DNA of 64,000 nucleotides from Nitrososphaerota archaeon (GTDB taxonomy: Archaea > Thermoproteota > Nitrososphaeria > Nitrososphaerales > Nitrosopumilaceae), in assembly GCA_028867755.1 (NCBI GenBank), contig JAGWFT010000001.1, positions 932,727 to 996,726 of the forward strand. The letters are read 5' to 3'. How positions within the stretch are numbered: position 1 is the stretch's first letter; the number at the start of each line of letters is the position of its first letter. The position numbers and the translations under genes were made by a program. Positions 58,533 to 64,000 of the stretch are shown one piece after another. The notes below the pieces were generated by a model. The model searched no databases, was not told the DNA's origin, and saw only the letters and a list, made by a program, of their open reading frames with translations.

Positions 58533-59234
58533 TTGTCTACTGTGAAATCATACTTTATCACAGGAACTGATACTGGTGTTGGCAAGACTGCTATTACTGC
58601 TGCACTTGCAGCCTCTCTTAGAAAACGTAACATAGATGTTGGCGTGATGAAGCCAGTTGCAAGCGGAGTTGCAAGAAAGACTGGATTTAGGTCGTCTGAT
58701 GTTGCATTGTTGCACGAGGCGGCTCAAGTAAACGATAAAGAAGAGATGATAAACCCAGTGTTCTTACCGCTATCTGTATCTCCATTTGATGCAGCCAAGA
58801 TACTAAATCTAAAAATAGATATGAAAATCGTGTTTGAAAGATTTCACTCTCTTCTCAAGGCACACCAGATGTTGCTTGTAGAGGGCATTGGTGGAATAAT
58901 GACTCCGATTGCAAGGGATTTTTTTGTTGCAGACATGATAAAAGAGATGGAACTAGAAACCATCATTGTTACACGTGCGACTCTTGGTACACTAAACCAC
59001 ACCATCATGACAGTGAAGATGTGCAAAGAATATGGAATTACAGTCAAGGGCATTATAATTAATTACTTTGACGAAAAAGGAAGCCCAGCAGAAAGAAATG
59101 CCCCGTCAACTTTGCATGAAATTACTGGCCTGACAATTCTTGGAACAGTTCCTTTTGTAAAAGACTATCAAAAGCTAGAGACAATGACAAGTGCTGTAGA
59201 AAAAAATGTCAACTTGGACTTGTTCATATCCTGA
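58533..59234 (+). CDS. bioD: Dethiobiotin synthetase
   Basis: FITGTDTGVGKT, MKPVASG, LVEGIGG, LGTLNHT. Confidence 0.95.
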   Translation: MSTVKSYFITGTDTGVGKTAITAALAASLRKRNIDVGVMKPVASGVARKTGFRSSDVALLHEAAQVNDKEEMINPVFLPLSVSPFDAAKILNLKIDMKIVFERFHSLLKAHQMLLVEGIGGIMTPIARDFFVADMIKEMELETIIVTRATLGTLNHTIMTVKMCKEYGITVKGIIINYFDEKGSPAERNAPSTLHEITGLTILGTVPFVKDYQKLETMTSAVEKNVNLDLFIS

Positions 59235-59769
59235 AGATCTTCAGCTTTGTCTGTTTCTTGCCTGCGGAAAAACCGATTAGATCATTTATTATGTTTGCAA
59301 ATGTAAATTGATCCTTATCTAGGGAATAAATTTTGGCATCTGACGAAATTGGTTTGTCTGTGACAAGCCATATGTTTTCAGACTTTGGCTGGATTTTTTT
59401 TATCTTGTTTACCTGCTCGTTTATTTCTTGTACCTTGTCTGTCTTTGAAAAACAAATGATTATTGCATCCTCTGGGGACAAGGAAAGTGTCTTGGTATCA
59501 GGTACTGCAACATCGATATCAACAGAATCAAGTTCTGTCTTTCGCTGGCTTGGAATCAAGGCAACTGTTAACATATAGTGGGTGAGACCTTCTGCCAATG
59601 CTCCTCGAGTTTCTGGCTTGTTGCCTCCTATCTTGTCAAGATTGGGCACACAATGGCTAAAAATTGCATTTATGGTCTCTGAGCTCTCGCCCTGTGCAAT
59701 GTCTGAGAGTATTCGCCTCTCTTCATAGTCAGAGATGGCTTGGTACAATATGTCTTTTAGCTCCAACAC
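59224..59769 (-). CDS. Hypothetical protein
   Basis: 181-aa ORF, convergent with bioD. Confidence 0.65.
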   Translation of the reverse strand: MLELKDILYQAISDYEERRILSDIAQGESSETINAIFSHCVPNLDKIGGNKPETRGALAEGLTHYMLTVALIPSQRKTELDSVDIDVAVPDTKTLSLSPEDAIIICFSKTDKVQEINEQVNKIKKIQPKSENIWLVTDKPISSDAKIYSLDKDQFTFANIINDLIGFSAGKKQTKLKIFRI

Positions 59770-59906
59770 AGACCTGATGTCATGATGATAATTAAAACAT
59801 AATCAATAAACCCAAAACATGCAAATCAGACACTGCTTTAAATTGTAGATATATTGCACGGAATTCTATCGCAGATAACCTGTTATCTATACCCAAATAG
59901 TATGTT

Positions 59907-60479
59907 TTATTTTTTGAATTTTTTGCTTGTGTATCTTGTCAGTCCTACTTTTTTTAGCTCTTCGGATTCTCTGAGAACTGATTTATGCTGGTTTTCTTTG
60001 TACTGTTTTAGTTTTTTTCGCAGATCAGAAAATTCATTTGCCAATATCTTTGCTGCATACAGGCCAGCGTTTGCAGCCTTGTTTACGCCAACTGTAGCAA
60101 CTGGTGAACCAGTGGGCATCTCTGATATGGATAAAAGAGAATCTAGCCCCCCAAAAGCAGAAACCTTGAAGCGGTCTGACTGGCCCTTGTCGTTATACAC
60201 CATTATTGGCACACCTATAACAGGTATTACAGTGTGTGATGCAATCATTCCTGGAAGATGTGCAGATCCGCCGGCTCCTGCAATTATTACCTTGAATCCT
60301 TCTCTTTCAGCGTGTCTTGCATAATCTAGCAGTCTTGTAGGAGTTCTGTGTGCTGATACTATCTGGTCTTCGTGTTTTATCCCAAACTCGTCTAGAATCA
60401 TTGCTGCTGAATGCATTATCTTGCTATCAGAACTTGAGCCCATGATTATTCCAACCAAGGGTTTTTTCAAATAAGTCAT
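59907..60479 (-). CDS. purE: N5-CAIR mutase
   Basis: IIMGSSSD, SAHRTP, AGAGGSAHLPGMIAS, PVIGVP, MP.G.PVATV; ATG at 60479 preferred. Confidence 0.96.
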   Translation of the reverse strand: MTYLKKPLVGIIMGSSSDSKIMHSAAMILDEFGIKHEDQIVSAHRTPTRLLDYARHAEREGFKVIIAGAGGSAHLPGMIASHTVIPVIGVPIMVYNDKGQSDRFKVSAFGGLDSLLSISEMPTGSPVATVGVNKAANAGLYAAKILANEFSDLRKKLKQYKENQHKSVLRESEELKKVGLTRYTSKKFKK

Positions 60480-60514
60480 AAGATGGTGCGGCATTGAATT
60501 TTAATAAAGGTTTA

Positions 60515-61702
60515 ATGGAAAACACACCACATCAAATAGTTCCTATTAACCTAAAATCGCCTAAAACAAAGTCAATGAGGCGTACCAATGACCGATGTTT
60601 TGCACTCTCTGCAAGCGCAATTAAATCTGAGAAGACAAAAAGCTCCTATATACGTTGCCTTAACGCATTTTTGGATTTTAGTCATATCAAAGAGTATGAC
60701 GACCTTCTCAAGCTTGCTGACAAAAAAATTCAGGAGATGGTAGAAGACTATGTTGTGAAGCTCAAGACAAGTGACCTGAATCCAAACACAATTCCGTCAA
60801 AACTTCTGGGAGTTCAGCACTTTCTGGTTATGAATGACAAGATCATAAACTGGAAGAAAATCCACAAAATGTATCCTGAAAAAGTCCAGTCTACTGGAAA
60901 ACAAGCTTGGACAACTGAGGATCTACAAAAAATGCTCGGAGTATGTACAAATCTTAGGGCTAAAGCCATACTTTTGGTCTTTGCAAGCACATCTGCAAGG
61001 GTTGGGGCTATTCCTATGTTGAAGATTAGAGATATTACAGACTGGACGCAAACAGATGATTCTTCGCCAAATCGAAGAGGATGTAAGAAAATTGTCATTT
61101 ATGCAAGCTCAAAGGAAGAATATACTAGCTTTCTGACACCAGAAGCAAGTAAGGCAGTAGAGGAATATCTCCAAAAGAGACGTATTGACGGTGAGAAAAT
61201 AACTGGGGATTCACCACTATTCCGTAATCTATATCAGGATAACACAGTTGACAGTGTAAAGCCAATCTCGTATCATTATCTCATGGATTTGGTAAAGACA
61301 ATAGTCAAAAAAGCTGGTCTCTCAAGGAACAAGGCAAACAGGAGATTTGAGGTTCAAACCGTTCATGGCTTTAGAAAACGATACAATACAATCCTGAAAA
61401 ACAATAAGGAAATCAATTCCAATATTGCCGAGAAGCTAATGGGCCACAAAAATGGACTTGATGGAGTCTATTTTGTGCCTACCATAGAGCAGTGTTTTGT
61501 AGAATTTCAAAAGGCAATCAAGGATCTTACTGTAGATGAGTCTGAAAGGTTACTTGTTCAGAATAGAAGCCTGGAAACTAGGTTATCTGAGATGGAGAAT
61601 CTGGAAGATGAAATTCAGAGACAGAAACAGGCTATTGCATATTTGTTGAGTAAAGATTCCGAAGGTCAAAACAAGCTTCAACTACAAGCTAACACCAAAT
61701 GA
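60515..61702 (+). CDS. Tyrosine recombinase/integrase
   Basis: Catalytic set: TSARVGA (R), HGFRKRY (HxxR), LMGH, GVYF (Y); N-terminal core-binding region; ATG at 60515. Confidence 0.92.
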   Translation: MENTPHQIVPINLKSPKTKSMRRTNDRCFALSASAIKSEKTKSSYIRCLNAFLDFSHIKEYDDLLKLADKKIQEMVEDYVVKLKTSDLNPNTIPSKLLGVQHFLVMNDKIINWKKIHKMYPEKVQSTGKQAWTTEDLQKMLGVCTNLRAKAILLVFASTSARVGAIPMLKIRDITDWTQTDDSSPNRRGCKKIVIYASSKEEYTSFLTPEASKAVEEYLQKRRIDGEKITGDSPLFRNLYQDNTVDSVKPISYHYLMDLVKTIVKKAGLSRNKANRRFEVQTVHGFRKRYNTILKNNKEINSNIAEKLMGHKNGLDGVYFVPTIEQCFVEFQKAIKDLTVDESERLLVQNRSLETRLSEMENLEDEIQRQKQAIAYLLSKDSEGQNKLQLQANTK

Positions 61703-61896
61703 ATCAGTAGAATGCATGTTTAACGCATGCACAGGTCGATCCTAGACTATATCCAATGGAATTTCGTTTGATATGACATGAGTCTGTCTGACAAAATAAT
61801 AAATTCAAATTTTTAATTCAAGAGAAGCAACAGCTAGCTAGAGCGTAACTTTAACTCAATCTGATTCTTCAAATTGAAACAACCCTTTGTAATTTT

Positions 61897-62010
61897 ATGC
61901 CGACATGTAAAGAATGTAATCTTGATTTCTACTCAAATGAAGGCCTTCAATTACACGTAGAAAAAGCACATGGAAAAACAGATCCTAACAAATTAGATTC
62001 GTTTTCATAA
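61897..62010 (+). CDS. 37-aa classical C2H2 zinc-finger microprotein (not in ORF track)
   Basis: MPTCKECNLDFYSNEGLQLHVEKAHGKTDPNKLDSFS* = C-x2-C-x3-F-x5-L-x2-H-x4-H. Confidence 0.75.
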   Translation: MPTCKECNLDFYSNEGLQLHVEKAHGKTDPNKLDSFS

Positions 62011-62439
62011 AATTTAAGATATGAAGGTTCTAAAACCGATTTGAATAGTTGATAGCTTGGAGGCATCTCTATATCAAACGAGAATCTTTTTATCTTTACA
62101 TGATAAGTGTGTCTAGCCTTCAAAGGGGCTAGCAGGGAAATCAAGTGAACGCGTTACGTGGATCTCCTTCCCTTTGAGGGCTATCTAACACTATTACAAA
62201 TATCTCTACTAAATAACCTTTGAATGATTTTAATAACATTGACCCAAAAATAGAACGACACAATACCTAGTCCCTCCGATTCTCACTCTAAATTGATTTT
62301 CAACTCTGAATCATGATCAAAAATAACCTTGAATTCAATGTGTTTAATACCTTGAATTTTAATAAACTCAGCGATTTACCTGATTTCCCTAAACCTTGTC
62401 TTATCGCGTGAAAATTCAATCTTTTAAATTATATGAACG

Positions 62440-63021
62440 ATGGATTGTACATTCTTTATGCAAAACTCCCCACTTGAAGTAAGACGGGCATTTGGGATCT
62501 TGTTTATCGGAGTTGCAATCTCTGTTGGCTCTGCCTCTATTCTAAGTGAGGCGGCATTTGAGAACAAAGACCCCATTTATTATTATGCCATAATCTGGTT
62601 TGGCAGCTTTGCAATAACATTTGGAGCAGTTCTTGGTAAATTCAGGCACATACTTGCATCAATAAGGGGCAGGATGAAAAATAGTGTGAGCTGGCCTGCA
62701 CCAGTAAAAGCGATAAATGGGCTGTGCTGGGCAGCACCGTTTGCAGCAATAGGTGCCTTTCCGCCGTTGTACCAGTATCTAATTTTGCTTGGAATAGGTC
62801 TTGGCAATGCATCAACATATGTATTCATGAAAAAATTCAGCAGTCTTGCAAATCATGAGCAAATAATAGTTGGTGCAATCTCGCTTGCAGCAATCCCGCT
62901 TGCTGTTTTTATTGATACATCATTTGTATCAAACCAGACAGTTGCAGTGATAGTTTCCAGGATTATGATAGCTGCAGCATATGGTGCAGGGGGAATCTAC
63001 GCCCTTGCAGTAAAAAAATAA
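62440..63021 (+). CDS. Multi-pass membrane protein
   Basis: About six hydrophobic segments in 193 aa. Confidence 0.75.
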   Translation: MDCTFFMQNSPLEVRRAFGILFIGVAISVGSASILSEAAFENKDPIYYYAIIWFGSFAITFGAVLGKFRHILASIRGRMKNSVSWPAPVKAINGLCWAAPFAAIGAFPPLYQYLILLGIGLGNASTYVFMKKFSSLANHEQIIVGAISLAAIPLAVFIDTSFVSNQTVAVIVSRIMIAAAYGAGGIYALAVKK

Positions 63022-63026
63022 TTATC

Positions 63027-64000
63027 TCAATCCAAAGGCTCAAACTTGATAGAGTTTCTTGCCGACTCTGCTCTGCTAATGAGTGCATCTATGTCCTTTG
63101 CATCGTCTGTGTCTACTATGTTGATGTGGCCTAGCTTGCGCTGAGGTTTTGCCTCTTCTTTGTTGTACATTTTCAAGTAAACTCCTTTTTTGCCATCTAG
63201 TGTTATTGGCTTGTATCTGCCTGAGAAGTTTTTTGGACCCAATATGTTGCGCATCACGGTGTAATGTTTCAGCTTGGTGCTTCCAAGTGGAAGGCCTAAG
63301 ATGGCCCTTAGATGCTGTTCAAATTGCGATGTATCGCTTGATTGTAGTGTATGGTGTCCAGAGTTATGCACTCGCGGTGCTATCTCATTGATTAGAACAT
63401 TATTTTCGCGTGTAACAAACATCTCTATGCCAAAAACGCCCGCCCCATGTAAGACCTTCATGGTATTTTCTGCAATCCTTTGAGCCTCCTTGGCTACTTT
63501 TGGGTCAACTCTTGCTGGCGCGATTGTAATCTCAAGTATGTTTTCTTTGTGTATGTTTTCTACAATCGAGTACGTTGCAATCTCGCCGTTGGTATTTCTT
63601 GCAGCAATCACAGAGACTTCCATCTTAAAATCAACATATCTCTCAACCATCATCTGCCTTCCTTCAAAGAGTTTGTACGCAGATTTAACCTGGCCCTCAT
63701 TTTCAATTTTAAAATTACCTCTGCCATCATAGGCATCACGCCTTGCTTTTAGCAGGACTGGATATCCAAATAACGAAATTTTTTTCCTGAGATCAGAAAG
63801 CGACTCTATTGAAAAAAATTCTGGTACTGGAATATTGTTGTCTTTGAGAAAAGTTTTCTGCATGAACTTGTCTTGTATTGTTCTAAGGGTTGCAGGCGAT
63901 GGATTTACCGATACCGATGTCTTCAATGATTCCAAAACCTGACTATCTCCAGATTCTATCTCGTAGGTCATTATGTCTGATTGTAATGATAATTCTACTA
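63027..64000 (-). CDS. purK: N5-CAIR synthetase (5' end lies outside the window)
   Basis: Frame open to the edge; IQDKFMQKTFL, KARRDAYDGRGN, NEIAPRVHNSGH, SQFEQHLRAILGLPLG, RKLGHI. Confidence 0.95.
   Translation of the reverse strand, partial: VELSLQSDIMTYEIESGDSQVLESLKTSVSVNPSPATLRTIQDKFMQKTFLKDNNIPVPEFFSIESLSDLRKKISLFGYPVLLKARRDAYDGRGNFKIENEGQVKSAYKLFEGRQMMVERYVDFKMEVSVIAARNTNGEIATYSIVENIHKENILEITIAPARVDPKVAKEAQRIAENTMKVLHGAGVFGIEMFVTRENNVLINEIAPRVHNSGHHTLQSSDTSQFEQHLRAILGLPLGSTKLKHYTVMRNILGPKNFSGRYKPITLDGKKGVYLKMYNKEEAKPQRKLGHINIVDTDDAKDIDALISRAESARNSIKFEPLD

Larger units (their letters stand above)
60494..62366 (+). mobile_element. Putative minimal integrative element bounded by the 15-bp direct repeat TTGAATTTTAATAAA
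   Basis: Identical 15-mers at 60494-60508 and 62352-62366 enclose the integrase and a C2H2 microprotein. Confidence 0.65.

Noticed and set aside
1-64000. CRISPR array, rRNA genes, IS transposases, and the many antisense ORFs nested in long genes
   Set aside because: No regularly spaced repeat-spacer array, rRNA motifs or transposase ORFs seen; nested ORFs lack motifs and are treated as shadows

Overview
Chromosomal segment of an ammonia-oxidising archaeon (Nitrososphaerota/Thaumarchaeota; probably Nitrosopumilales, Nitrosotalea-like, by inference from gene content). Mostly housekeeping genes: uvrB-uvrA-uvrC, an Fe-ADH matching the HP/HB-cycle malonic semialdehyde reductase, citrate synthase, purine genes (purS, purQ-purL-purF, purC, purE, purK), proteasome alpha subunit, the S10/spc ribosomal operon (rpl3 to rpl6, lacking rpl2), tRNA-Thr(UGU), tRNA-Asn(GUU), bioF/bioB/bioA/bioD, a split CcdA + DipZ-like redoxin pair and a CdvB/ESCRT-III paralogue. 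The most interesting observations: (1) a ~1.86-kb minimal tyrosine-integrase element bounded by a 15-bp direct repeat that coincides with the putative purE TATA box, carrying a C2H2 zinc-finger microprotein, with a candidate integrase promoter that would form only at the excised-circle junction; (2) three copies of a palindrome with an 11-6-11 core (one a perfect 48-bp palindrome) bracketing the hypothetical-rich region after tRNA-Asn; (3) a YdjG/YdjI-like SPFH-zinc ribbon operon resembling part of the Bacillus pspA-ydjGHI envelope-stress module, with a helical protein where PspA would be; (4) a BirA-type operator upstream of bioB; (5) an HD/PDE-like-GNAT fusion; (6) several metal-binding microproteins below the ORF-track cutoff. 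No CRISPR array, rRNA or IS transposase was seen. All family assignments come from motif recognition and recall, not from database searches.
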